Positions 21,407 to 30,639 of a stretch of DNA of 64,000 nt are shown one piece after another. Source of the DNA: an uncultured Eubacteriales bacterium (lineage in GTDB: Bacteria; Bacillota; Clostridia; Christensenellales; CAG-917); contig URAF01000003.1 of assembly GCA_900545885.1 (NCBI GenBank), positions 42,130 to 106,129 of the forward strand. Direction: 5' to 3'. Each line of letters begins with the position of its first letter. Position 1 is the first letter of the stretch. The notes under the pieces were generated by a model that was not told the origin of the DNA, made no database searches, and was given only the letters and a program-made list of their open reading frames with translations. The translations under genes and the position numbers were made by a program.

Positions 21407-22237
21407 TCAGATGCCGAGGCCGATGCGGGTTGCGGGAACGTTGCCGTCCAGTATGTCCTTTATCTTGTAACGACTGCTTGCAATCATTACCGTAGTGCCG
21501 TTTTTGAGCGGTTCTTTGATGTATTCGAGTTTGGCTCTGGCGCCCTGCGCGCCTTTGCGGGAAGCGCCCTGACAATGCGTCTGCAAGGCTTCAACGTTTG
21601 CGATGAGCTCGTATACGTCTTTTCCGCTGACGCGCTCGATAAGCGATTTGTCGTCTTCGGGATTTGAATATATTCCGTCAGTCGTGGTCAGAATGAGCAA
21701 AGTCTTGCATTTGACAAGGCAAGCAATCTGGCTTGCAGTTTCGTCGTTGTCCACGCACTCTATGGCTTTGCCGCGTTCGGCACGAACTTTGATTATCTCG
21801 TGTTTGCGGTTTTCCTCGTCGCTCACGGGGTCGTTGTAGTTGACAATCGGAATGGCGTTTTGCCCGGGGCAACGGCAAAGCATTTCGAACAGGTGTTTGC
21901 GCTTTTCCGCGTCGTTGAAATGCTGATGTTCGACAAGTATCTGTCTTACGCTGAACCTGCTGTCGATATACTGGCGGTAAGTCTGCATCAGAATGGACTG
22001 CCCTTGTGCGGAATAGTCGGTTTTGTTTTCCTCGTCCGTTCCTCTGAGCTCCTTGCCCGTGCGCTTGATGTAGTCCAGTCTTCCGATTTCCGTTGCACCG
22101 GAAGTAACCCAGATGTAACCGGGACGGAGTTCGCGCGAAAGACGTGCGATGATGTTGTAATTCATATCCTGATACTCGCGGTCAATCAGTGCCATAGAGC
22201 CGATTTTGCCGACGAGTTCGATGTCGAAGTTTGCCAT
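21407..22237 (-). CDS. Amino-acid kinase family protein, glutamate-5-kinase-like, no PUA domain
   Basis: 276 aa from ATG 22237 (GAGG RBS). It has VGKIGSMAL..., VTSGATEIG, AQGQSILMQ, IPIVNYNDPVS and DNDETASQIACL. This order and spacing resemble ProB, but the GTGGMxTK-type motif is diverged (GAQGARAKL). Confidence 0.55.
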   Translation of the reverse strand: MANFDIELVGKIGSMALIDREYQDMNYNIIARLSRELRPGYIWVTSGATEIGRLDYIKRTGKELRGTDEENKTDYSAQGQSILMQTYRQYIDSRFSVRQILVEHQHFNDAEKRKHLFEMLCRCPGQNAIPIVNYNDPVSDEENRKHEIIKVRAERGKAIECVDNDETASQIACLVKCKTLLILTTTDGIYSNPEDDKSLIERVSGKDVYELIANVEALQTHCQGASRKGAQGARAKLEYIKEPLKNGTTVMIASSRYKIKDILDGNVPATRIGLGI

Positions 22238-22280
22238 ATCAACCTCAATACGGAAAAATCGCCGCCGAAGCGGCAATTCG

Positions 22281-22309
22281 ATTATATTATATGTCGTTGC
22301 ACTTTGCAA
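22281..22309 (-). promoter_or_regulatory. Candidate promoter of the amino-acid-kinase gene
   Basis: Minus strand reads TTGCAA - 17 nt - TATAAT. It is followed by a small GCCGC-TTCG-GCGGC hairpin in the leader. Confidence 0.4.
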
Positions 22310-22365
22310 GCGATTGCCGCGTTGCGCACCCAACAAAGCAAGTTAACGCGCCGAAATAACGGCTT

Positions 22366-22396
22366 AAAAACGGAAAAGGACGGCATATGCCGTCCT
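22366..22396 (-). terminator. Rho-independent terminator of the large lipoprotein gene
   Basis: Minus strand AGGACGGC-ATAT-GCCGTCCT followed by TTTCCGTTTTT. Confidence 0.6.
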
Positions 22397-22489
22397 CTCT
22401 GCGTTATAAAATCGATTGCCGCGGTTTGGTCGCAATTTGCCGATGTTCCGCTTTGTTCGGTTGACCTGAAATTTCGACGTCGCGCGTTT

Positions 22490-24985
22490 TTACGCCTGTT
22501 CGCCGCCCTCTTCTCCGCCTTCGGAGTCGCCTTGAACGTGTTCGGCGATGAGATGCAATTCGGATTTGCCGTCTACGGTGACAACCGTCCATACGTCTCT
22601 GTCAAGGTCGAAATTGTCTTCGCCGAGTATCCAGCTGCTGTCCGCATATTTTGCAGACTCGATTGCGCTTGCGCCTTCGACTTTGGTCAAATCGAACGCG
22701 GGGTCTTCATCCGTTGCTCCGACCGTTGCGGTGTTGAGCGTAACGGAACTTTCTTTTGCGAAATAGCTCTTTTCGACTTTACCGTTCGCGCTGATTACAC
22801 CCGCCACGAAACCGAGGGAGCATTCTGCCGTTTCGGGTGCGCTGACCGTTATGCTTACATTCACAAACGCACGGCTTACGGACACGGTATCCGCTTGACC
22901 TACGACTCCGCCCGCTTTGACTTCTGCATTTTCACCCGTTGCGGTGAGTTTGATTTTGCCCGTAACATGCGACGAAGAGATGTTTCCGCGCGTTCCGCCC
23001 GTACCCGTGCTGTATCCCGCTATGCCGCCGACATAGGCTTTGCTTGCAACGGAGATTTCCATATCCGCCGCCGCTCTGCAATCGGAAAGAACGGTTTCGT
23101 TGTGTCCGAGCATTACGCCCGCATACACGGTATTCGCGCTCACGTAGATTTCGTTCGTGACATCTGCTTTGCCGTCCGCGTAGCACTTGGACATCTTACC
23201 CCATTTGGCAAGTCCCGCAAACGCTCCGACATATGCGGTGCCGCCGTTCGCGGCAACATTGAGCTTTTGAACAACAACACCGTTTGCATCGAAATTCACG
23301 GCGTCCGCATATCCTGCAAGTCCGCCTGCATACATGCGTGCCGCGGTCACCGCCATATCAAGCGTAACCTTGTTGCTTGTGACAGCACTTGCGACTTTGT
23401 TCGCGGGTGCAACGGCTTTACCTATTATACCGCCTGCATACACGGTGTCCGCCGAGAAAGTCGCGTTTACGTTCACCGTGCAGTTGTTGATGGTCGTTCC
23501 GACCGCGCTCTCCGCCGCAACACCGCCGATATACAGCGATTTGTCGGAAAGCACAAGCGCTCCGTCGGTCACGTTGAACGTGACTTCGCAACCGTCTACC
23601 GTACCCGCATTGTACGCCGCAATGCCGCCGACGCGCACAACATTCGCCTCAACCGCGGAAAAGTCCGCCGCCGTCAGGTTGCATTCGAAAACGACGTTGC
23701 TTATCGTGCCTTCGTTTGCCGCGATAAAGCCCATATACTCTCCCGCCGCGGGAGCATACGTGATTTTGTGTTTAGAAGATGTCGCCTCGTCATATCCGTC
23801 CAGCGTACCTTTGAAAGGATTTTCCTTGCTGTACAGCGGAGCGATTGTTCCGAAGTTGACGTCTTCCGTCACGTAAATGTGCGCTTTCTGATACGCCTCT
23901 TTAACGGACGGATTTTCGCTTGTAATCGCGGCGTTTATTTCCGCGGCAAGTGCCGCCATATCCGTCGAAGAGTTGATTTCTATTCTCTTGACCCACTTCG
24001 CGTAAAGCGTAAGCGTGGAATTTTCTTCATTGACGAGCTCTTTCGTTACTTTGGTTGCCGCCTTGTTGTCCTCTGCGTTTTCGTCAAAGAACACGAATTC
24101 TACTTCGGAACGCACTTCTTCTCCGTCATCGTTTTTGCTCGTTACAACATAGTACCAGTAGCAGAAATCGTATCCGTCACGCGTCACCGTGGGGACTTTG
24201 CTCAAAAGAACGTTGTCGTTCTGTTTGATTTCAACATGGCCGGAAGAAGTAGTTTCGCCAAGCTCGTCTGCTTTGAAATACACCGTATAATCGGGAAGTT
24301 GGCTGTAAAACTTGGGATAAAGCGTAAGCGTGCGGGGAACGGTGTATTTGCCCGACAACACAACGCTTGTGGCACCTTTGGACGCCCACTGCGTAAGCGG
24401 AACTTCGACTTCTTTGCCGTCCACGGTGTCAAGATAGTACCAGTACACGAAATAGTCGTTTTCGTCGGTGGTGGTGGGAATTGCTATTGTTGCCGAATCG
24501 GAGTCGAATGTCGTGACAAATTTTCCGTCCTCGGGAACGGACACCGTATGTCCGTCCTGATACGTCCATTTACCGTCTGTAAGGAAAGACGTGATGTCGT
24601 GCGTATAGGTGATGGGCGTATAATGCGCCGTAAGTTTGAGGTTGGACGTCACGCGGTCGGTGTCGAAGTGGAACTCGTTGTCGTCCGATGTCTGCCAGTA
24701 ATCGAACTTATACCCTGTTTTTGAGGGTTTCGCCTCTTCGCCGTTCTTGTTGGTAGGCGGAGAAATGAGCGAACCGTATTTTACGCTTGTGAGGTTGTAC
24801 TCCGAAAAATCAGTAAGGCCGCCGTTGGAGTCGAAGGTAACGGTAAACGTGGCGTCGGACAGTTCTCCGTCGCCGTTACCGCCTCCGCCCGTGCCGCCGG
24901 AAGTCGGATTGCAAGCCGCAAGCGTAACTGCGGTTATTGCCGCAAGTACGAAAACCAACAGAAGTCTGAACAAAGATTTCTTCAT
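22490..24985 (-). CDS. Large surface lipoprotein with Listeria/Bacteroides-type (Flg_new-like) repeats and GLUG-like repeats
   Basis: 831 aa. The signal peptide has a lipobox (LAAC). The N-terminal half has repeated TVTFDSNGG...GYKFDYW, YTVYFKAD...GYDFCYWY modules. The C-terminal half has repeated GGIAG / GGLAGY / GGIIGK units. The C-terminus is acidic. Confidence 0.7.
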   Translation of the reverse strand: MKKSLFRLLLVFVLAAITAVTLAACNPTSGGTGGGGNGDGELSDATFTVTFDSNGGLTDFSEYNLTSVKYGSLISPPTNKNGEEAKPSKTGYKFDYWQTSDDNEFHFDTDRVTSNLKLTAHYTPITYTHDITSFLTDGKWTYQDGHTVSVPEDGKFVTTFDSDSATIAIPTTTDENDYFVYWYYLDTVDGKEVEVPLTQWASKGATSVVLSGKYTVPRTLTLYPKFYSQLPDYTVYFKADELGETTSSGHVEIKQNDNVLLSKVPTVTRDGYDFCYWYYVVTSKNDDGEEVRSEVEFVFFDENAEDNKAATKVTKELVNEENSTLTLYAKWVKRIEINSSTDMAALAAEINAAITSENPSVKEAYQKAHIYVTEDVNFGTIAPLYSKENPFKGTLDGYDEATSSKHKITYAPAAGEYMGFIAANEGTISNVVFECNLTAADFSAVEANVVRVGGIAAYNAGTVDGCEVTFNVTDGALVLSDKSLYIGGVAAESAVGTTINNCTVNVNATFSADTVYAGGIIGKAVAPANKVASAVTSNKVTLDMAVTAARMYAGGLAGYADAVNFDANGVVVQKLNVAANGGTAYVGAFAGLAKWGKMSKCYADGKADVTNEIYVSANTVYAGVMLGHNETVLSDCRAAADMEISVASKAYVGGIAGYSTGTGGTRGNISSSHVTGKIKLTATGENAEVKAGGVVGQADTVSVSRAFVNVSITVSAPETAECSLGFVAGVISANGKVEKSYFAKESSVTLNTATVGATDEDPAFDLTKVEGASAIESAKYADSSWILGEDNFDLDRDVWTVVTVDGKSELHLIAEHVQGDSEGGEEGGEQA

Positions 24986-25032
24986 AAGTTCTTAATCCCC
25001 GATACGGATATAGTTTTTAATATATTGAATAC

Positions 25033-25060
25033 ATTATACCATTTCGGACGTTAATTTCAA
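25033..25060 (-). promoter_or_regulatory. Candidate extended -10 promoter of the lipoprotein gene
   Basis: Minus strand reads TTGAAA - 16 nt - TATAAT with TGg immediately upstream of the -10 box. Confidence 0.45.
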
Positions 25061-25112
25061 CTTAAATTTGCCGAAAGCGGGTCTGCCGTCCGATTTTAAT
25101 GCAACAATATGC

Positions 25113-25138
25113 GAAAAGTCCGCCGAAACGGACTTTTC
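25113..25138 (-). terminator. Terminator-like hairpin after the M28 peptidase gene
   Basis: GAAAAGTCCG / CGGACTTTTC 10-bp stem with a 6-nt loop. The U-rich stretch is partly inside the stem, so it is less canonical. Confidence 0.4.
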
Positions 25139-25170
25139 GAAGCGGTTGACCGCCTGTTAATTTGATTGAT

Positions 25171-26598
25171 TTATTCCTCGTCGCTTTCGATTTCGGCTTC
25201 AAGATAAACCTTTTCTTCCTTTGCGGCGCTGTCCGCGGTCGCGGTTTCGACGGGTGCGACTTCGGACTTGCTTTCCGCCGCCTTTTCCGCTTTTATTCCG
25301 CGCTTGAAGTTTTCCAGTTCGCCGATTTTATCCACGGCACGCAGGACGACGTCGAGTCCGAGATGCACCGTGTCGACGTCAAAGCGTTCCGCTACGTCGT
25401 AGAACGTGTGATAGTACTGCGTAAGAACGGGGTTCTGTGCCGCAAACGTTATGCTCTTGACGCCAGCTTTGGTCATAGGCGTGGAGTCGCAGCCGCCGAC
25501 GGGGTTGGCGATGTTGCCGGGCTTGTCGATACCCGCCTCTTTCATCGCGTCGAGCATAATGGTTTCGAGGTCCTTGTCGAACTTGGTGAACTGCCAGGTG
25601 TCGCCGTGTACGACTTCGAAATAATCCTTGTCCGCAACGGAGTCGATGTTGATGTTGTAGCAGTTTTCGAGAATTGCCTCGCCCTTGTGTTTTCTTGTGA
25701 ACGCAATCGAGCCGCGCAGACCTGCTTCTTCCGAACCGCAGTTGAAGTCGATGATACGGCAGCCTTTGGGCATTTTGTCGGGGTTTTCCTTGTAGTATTT
25801 TGCCGCGGCAAACGCGATACCGATACCCGTTGCGTTGTCCATAGCGCCGGGAGACGCCGTGCGGGGGTTCTTGTCCGCCCAGAGCGTAACGAGGAAGCAA
25901 CCGGGGATTACGAACACCGCAAGCAAAACGTAAAGCGCGATTTTGAAGGTCGCGACGTTTGACAGAGTTTCCATCATCGTGATGTACTCTCCCTGCGTAA
26001 GGTCGGTGGGGGTTGCGTAAACGTACTTGCAGTAAATGATGAACATCGCAAGCGAAGTCAAGGTAAGGAACAGGAACGCGAAAATGCCGATACCCATTTT
26101 GATAAAAACGGGAACGGGACTTTTTGCCGCGAGCGACGAATGTTTCCAGTTCCAGCTGGTGTCGGTGTGCGCCGAAAGGATTACGGTGTAATCGTACTTC
26201 CCGTCGGGAGGCAGAATTTCGCCGTACACGTTCTGCGAAACTTCCTGATGGAACGCCGCGTCAAACCAGGTTTTGTAAAGGAACACGCTGCAAATGAGCC
26301 ATACCCAGGTTGCAAGGCACAGGAAGAATACCAGTCCGTAAAGCTGTTCGAAATACATCATTACGGCGCAGATTATTCCCACCCACCCCGCATAAGGTAT
26401 ACCGCCTATGCTGGCACGGGGCGAAACGAGGAACTTCTCTTTCACGGGTTTGACGCCGATGCTTTCGAGTTTGCCTGCCATAAAGTCGGCGAATTTCTTT
26501 TCGCCTTCCGACCCCGGCAGACGGGACCCGATGTCGTTTGCGGCGGTTTCGACAATGCCGAAAGCTTCGTCCGCATAGGGTTTGAGTTCTTTTCTCAT
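25171..26598 (-). CDS. M28-family metallopeptidase with inserted transmembrane segments
   Basis: 475 aa. It carries ILSAHTDTSWNW, PGAMDNATGIGIA and FNCGSEEAGLRGS (M28 metal-ligand regions). Several hydrophobic helices lie between the N-terminal segment and the catalytic domain. Confidence 0.7.
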   Translation of the reverse strand: MRKELKPYADEAFGIVETAANDIGSRLPGSEGEKKFADFMAGKLESIGVKPVKEKFLVSPRASIGGIPYAGWVGIICAVMMYFEQLYGLVFFLCLATWVWLICSVFLYKTWFDAAFHQEVSQNVYGEILPPDGKYDYTVILSAHTDTSWNWKHSSLAAKSPVPVFIKMGIGIFAFLFLTLTSLAMFIIYCKYVYATPTDLTQGEYITMMETLSNVATFKIALYVLLAVFVIPGCFLVTLWADKNPRTASPGAMDNATGIGIAFAAAKYYKENPDKMPKGCRIIDFNCGSEEAGLRGSIAFTRKHKGEAILENCYNINIDSVADKDYFEVVHGDTWQFTKFDKDLETIMLDAMKEAGIDKPGNIANPVGGCDSTPMTKAGVKSITFAAQNPVLTQYYHTFYDVAERFDVDTVHLGLDVVLRAVDKIGELENFKRGIKAEKAAESKSEVAPVETATADSAAKEEKVYLEAEIESDEE

Positions 26599-26617
26599 AT
26601 ATCCTCCATTTGTCCGA

Positions 26618-26720
26618 CCGACGGGCGAACGGACTGTTTATATTTTCCTTCCGTTCCGCTATTTGCGGAGCGCCTCGGCAACGCCACAGGCGTTTCCGAC
26701 GGGCGAACGGACGGTTTTAT
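26618..26720. repeat. Two copies of a 17-nt direct repeat in the serS / M28 intergenic region
   Basis: CCGACGGGCGAACGGAC occurs at 26618-26634 and 26696-26712. Each copy is followed by (T/G)GTTT(T)AT. An AACGCC-ACA-GGCGTT hairpin lies between them. Confidence 0.7.
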
Positions 26721-26731
26721 GTTGCGTAATG

Positions 26732-28015
26732 TTATTTACCTATGAATTCTATGCCGCCCAGCCACTTGCGCAGTACTTCGGGTACGGTTACCGTGCCGTC
26801 TGCGTTCTGGAACTGTTCGACGATTGCGGGTATAAGTCTGGACGTTGCAAGTCCGCTGCCGTTCAGAGTGTGTACGTATGCGGGTTTGCCCGTCTTGGAG
26901 TCGCGGTAACGGGTGTTGTTGCGGCGCGCCTGATAATCGTTTGCGTTGGATACGGAGCTGCATTCCTTGTAAATGCCCATGCTGGGAATCCACAGTTCCA
27001 CGTCGTAAGTTCTTGCCATGGACGCCGAGCAGTCGCCTGCCGCAAGTTTGGAAACACGGAAATGCAATCCGAGTTTTTCGACGAGCGCCGCGGCTTTGTT
27101 CACGAGTTCCTCAAAGGCTTCCATGCTGTGTTCGGGGTGCGCGTACTGCACCATTTCCACTTTGTTGAACTGGTGACCGCGAATCATACCGCGTTCTTCC
27201 GCTCTCGCGCTGCCCGCCTCTTTGCGGTAGCAGGGAGTGTATGCAAAGAACTTCATCGGAAGTTTGCTTTCGTCGATTATTTCGCCCGCGTACATATTGA
27301 CCAGTGCGGTTTCCGCGGTGGGCAACATAAATCTGTTGCGGTGTCTGTCCTCGTCGCAGTCAAGCCAGTAAACCTCGTCGCTGAATTTGGGGAACTGACC
27401 TGCGCCGAAACCGCAGTCGTAATTGAGTTGGTGAGGAGGAAGAATGAACTCGTAACCGTCTCTCAGGTGCTCTTCGATAAAATAGTTGAGCAGCGCCCAT
27501 TCCAGTCTTGCGCCCATACCGCGGTAAATCCAGAAACCGTTGCCGCTGAGCTTGACGCCGCGTTCGTAATCGATAAGACCGAGCGAAGTGCAAAGGTCGA
27601 CGTGGTTTTTGAGCGGGAAATCGAACACGGGTTTTTCACCGACGATTTTCACAACCTGATTGTTTTCCTTTTCACCGGGGAGCAGGTCGGGGTCGGGCAT
27701 GTTGGGCAGACGGGACAGAAAATCGGAAATGCGTTCGACAAGCGCGTTGATTTCGGCGTCGCCTTCGGCAATGCGGTCGCCGATTTCTCTCATTTCTTCG
27801 AAAATGGGTTCAACGGGTTTGCCTTCCTTTTTGAGTTTGGGGATTTCCGCCGAAACCTTGTTGCGTCTGGCTTTGAGCTGTTCGACGTTGTTTATTGCGG
27901 CTTTTCTTTCGTTGTCCCACGCTATAACCTGCGTGAAATCGACTTCACAGCCCTTTTTCGCAAGAGCCGCCGCCACTTCTTCGGGATTTTGTTTGATTCT
28001 TACGATGTCTAACAT
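26732..28015 (-). CDS. serS: Serine--tRNA ligase
   Basis: 427 aa. An N-terminal coiled-coil arm (MLDIVRIKQNPEEV...) is followed by a class II core. The C-terminus is TLNGSGLATSRLIPAIVEQFQ. Confidence 0.95.
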   Translation of the reverse strand: MLDIVRIKQNPEEVAAALAKKGCEVDFTQVIAWDNERKAAINNVEQLKARRNKVSAEIPKLKKEGKPVEPIFEEMREIGDRIAEGDAEINALVERISDFLSRLPNMPDPDLLPGEKENNQVVKIVGEKPVFDFPLKNHVDLCTSLGLIDYERGVKLSGNGFWIYRGMGARLEWALLNYFIEEHLRDGYEFILPPHQLNYDCGFGAGQFPKFSDEVYWLDCDEDRHRNRFMLPTAETALVNMYAGEIIDESKLPMKFFAYTPCYRKEAGSARAEERGMIRGHQFNKVEMVQYAHPEHSMEAFEELVNKAAALVEKLGLHFRVSKLAAGDCSASMARTYDVELWIPSMGIYKECSSVSNANDYQARRNNTRYRDSKTGKPAYVHTLNGSGLATSRLIPAIVEQFQNADGTVTVPEVLRKWLGGIEFIGK

Positions 28016-28100
28016 ATATTCCTCTCATTGCGCCTCTCGGCGCGGTGCGGAAGACTTCCTTCCGCATTTGACTTGCAAAATTAATGCTTAATAACAGACC

Positions 28101-30521
28101 TTACGCGATGATGTTGACGAGTCTGCCGGGCACGACGATGACTTTCTTGGGTTTTGCTCCGCCGAGTTGCGCTTCAACCGCTTTGAGCGCCGCGGCTTCG
28201 ATTTCTTCCTTGCTTGCCGAGCTGGATACGGTGATTCTCGCGCGGAGTTTGGAGTTGACCTGCACCGCAAGTTCCGCTTCGTCGCGGACAAGCGCTTTTT
28301 CGTCGCAGACGGGGAAAGACTGATTGAACACCGAATAAGGCTGTCCGAGCATTTCCCACAACTCTTCCGAGAAGTGCGGCGCAAAAGGAGCAAGCAACAG
28401 AACCAAATCCTTGACGCAGTCCTTGAAGAACGCGTTTTTGGTGGGAACTTCCGTGTCGTAAGAATAAATGGCGTTAACGTATTCCATCATTCTCGCAAGC
28501 GCGGTGTTGAACGAGAAAGTCTCCAAATCGGCAGAAACGCACTTTATGGTGTTGTTTCTGACATAGTTAAGTTCTTTTTCTGCTTTTTGCAGAGGTCTTT
28601 CCTCGAACTCTACTTCAAAACATTTCTTGACGATACGTTCCACGCGGTCGAAGAATTTGCCTATGCCGTCCAGTCCGTTTTCGTTCCAGGGTCCGCCCTC
28701 GACATAGCTGAAACCGAACATCAGGTACACTCTGAAAACGTCGGCGCCGAACTTCGCTATGCTGTCGTCGGGAGATACGACGTTGCCTCTCGACTTGGAC
28801 ATCTTGTTGCCGTCCGAACCGAGTATGGTGCCTTGGTGCACAAGGGACAGGAAAGGTTCGTCGAAGTTGAGATAACCCATATCCCTGAGCGCTTTGGTAA
28901 AGAACCTTGCGTACAACAGGTGCATGCAGGCGTGCTCCGCTCCGCCTATATATTTATCGACGGGCAGCATTTTGTTTATCCATTCGGTGTCGAACGCCTT
29001 GTCCGCGTTCTTGTTGTCGGGATAACGCAGATAGTACCAGCTCGAACACACGAAAGTATCGAGAGTGTCGGGGTCGCGTCTTGCGGGACGTCCGCACACG
29101 GGGCACGTAACGTTCATGAACTCTTCACACTTTGCAAGCGGGCTTTCTCCGTCGGGCTTGAAGTCCACATTGTAAGGCAGACGAACGGGCAAATCCTTTT
29201 CGGGAACGGGAACAACTCCGCAATGTTCGCAGTGTATCATGGGAATGGGTGCGCCCCAGTAACGCTGACGGCTGACAAGCCAGTCGCGCAGACGATAGTT
29301 GGTTTTGAGCGCGCCTTTGCCTTCCTTTTCCAGTTTCTTGATGACGGCGATTTTGCCTTCTTCCGAAGTCATGCCGTCGAACTCGCCCGAGTTGACCATA
29401 ATGCCGTAATCGCAGAAAGGCAGTTCGTCGTTGCCGTCCACGGCTTTGACGACTCTTTCGATGGGCAAACCCAGTTTCTTTGCGAACACGTAGTCGCGTT
29501 CGTCGTGAGCCGCAACGCCCATGACCGCGCCCGTGCCGTAGCTTGCGAGAACGTAGTCGGCAACCAGAATGGGAACTTCCCTGCCGTTGACGGGGTTGAT
29601 TGCGTATGCGCCCGTCATGACGCCCGTTTTCTCCCTGTTGGAAGCAAGACGGTCGATTTCGGTGGCTTTGGACGCGTTGTGTTTGTATTCCTCGACGGCG
29701 GCTTTCTGTTCGGGAGTGGTAATGACGTCGACAAGCGGATTTTCGGGAGCGAGTACGACGTACGTAACACCGAAGGTTGTGTCCGCTCTCGTGGTGAACA
29801 CGCGGAAAGTTTCTTTTCTGCCTTTGATTGCGAACTCGATTTCTCCGCCGTAAGACTTGCCTATCCAGTTTTTCTGCATAAGTTTGGTCTTTTCGGGCCA
29901 ATCCAGTTTGTCAAGGTCACGGAGAAGTTCGTCGGCGTATTCCGTGATTTTGAAGAACCATTGAGTAAGGTTTTTTCTCACGACCGTGCTTCCGCAACGT
30001 TCGCATTCGCCCTGAACGACCTGCTCGTTTGCAAGCACCGTGTTGCAGGACGGGCACCAGTTGACGGGTGCTTCCTTGCGGTAGGCAAGACCCTTTTTGT
30101 AAAGTTGCAGGAAAAGCCACTGCGTCCATTTGTAGTACTCGGGAGCGCAGGTGTAAAGTTCGTAATCCCAGTCGTACATCGCACCGATTTTTTTGAGCTG
30201 GTTCTCCATCGTCGCAATGTTTTTCATCGTGCTGTCCTGAGGGTGAATGCCCGTCTTTATCGCGTAGTTTTCGGCGGGAAGTCCGAAAGCGTCGAAGCCC
30301 ATGGGCTGGAACACTTCGTAACCCTGCATTTTCTTGAAACGCGCATAAGTGTCGGCGGGACCGTAATTGTACCAGTGTCCGGCATGCAATTTCGCGCCCG
30401 AAGGATAAGAGAACATTTCGAGCACATACCATTTCTTGTCTATTCTGTCGCGGTTGAACTTGTAAAGTCCGGTGTCCGCCCAGATTTTCTGCCACTTGCT
30501 TTCAATCTGTTTGAGGTCCAT
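28101..30521 (-). CDS. leuS: Leucine--tRNA ligase
   Basis: 806 aa. It has [15 protein letters not shown] (HIGH-type motif), the KMSKSRGN motif and the CP1 editing-domain region. Confidence 0.95.
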   Translation of the reverse strand: MDLKQIESKWQKIWADTGLYKFNRDRIDKKWYVLEMFSYPSGAKLHAGHWYNYGPADTYARFKKMQGYEVFQPMGFDAFGLPAENYAIKTGIHPQDSTMKNIATMENQLKKIGAMYDWDYELYTCAPEYYKWTQWLFLQLYKKGLAYRKEAPVNWCPSCNTVLANEQVVQGECERCGSTVVRKNLTQWFFKITEYADELLRDLDKLDWPEKTKLMQKNWIGKSYGGEIEFAIKGRKETFRVFTTRADTTFGVTYVVLAPENPLVDVITTPEQKAAVEEYKHNASKATEIDRLASNREKTGVMTGAYAINPVNGREVPILVADYVLASYGTGAVMGVAAHDERDYVFAKKLGLPIERVVKAVDGNDELPFCDYGIMVNSGEFDGMTSEEGKIAVIKKLEKEGKGALKTNYRLRDWLVSRQRYWGAPIPMIHCEHCGVVPVPEKDLPVRLPYNVDFKPDGESPLAKCEEFMNVTCPVCGRPARRDPDTLDTFVCSSWYYLRYPDNKNADKAFDTEWINKMLPVDKYIGGAEHACMHLLYARFFTKALRDMGYLNFDEPFLSLVHQGTILGSDGNKMSKSRGNVVSPDDSIAKFGADVFRVYLMFGFSYVEGGPWNENGLDGIGKFFDRVERIVKKCFEVEFEERPLQKAEKELNYVRNNTIKCVSADLETFSFNTALARMMEYVNAIYSYDTEVPTKNAFFKDCVKDLVLLLAPFAPHFSEELWEMLGQPYSVFNQSFPVCDEKALVRDEAELAVQVNSKLRARITVSSSASKEEIEAAALKAVEAQLGGAKPKKVIVVPGRLVNIIA

Positions 30522-30639
30522 TACGGATAAACTCCTGTTAGAAAAAACTTGTTATTATTCTAATACCAAAACTTTACTATGTCAATTAAACAAAAACGCC
30601 AATATTGACTCCGAAGTCCGCCGATGTTAAAATTGCATT

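Noticed and set aside
21800-24724. A 974-aa plus-strand ORF spanning the amino-acid-kinase and lipoprotein genes.
   Set aside because: It is antisense to two well-supported minus-strand genes and even crosses their intergenic terminator. Its composition is R/V/F/C-rich and it has no motifs.
28016-28100. A search for T-box leaders upstream of serS, leuS (30522-30639) and glnS (11797-12017).
   Set aside because: The serS and leuS upstream regions are only about 85 and about 118 nt, too short for a T-box. None of the three contains the conserved T-box sequence (AGGGTGGTACCGCG-like) or a specifier/antiterminator arrangement. The GCGGAAG-GAAGT-CTTCCGC hairpin at about 28042-28061 lacks a U-tract.
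28167-30530. A 787-aa plus-strand ORF opposite leuS. Equivalent long antisense ORFs lie opposite glnS (10417-11769), serS (26582-28012), glmU-like (1277-2716), GH13 (54034-55752), glgP (56438-57910), glgA (59094-60185), glgD (60173-61429), glgC (61621-62661) and GH5 (30706-31914).
   Set aside because: In every case the opposite strand carries a gene with diagnostic family motifs. The antisense translations are compositionally biased and motif-free.
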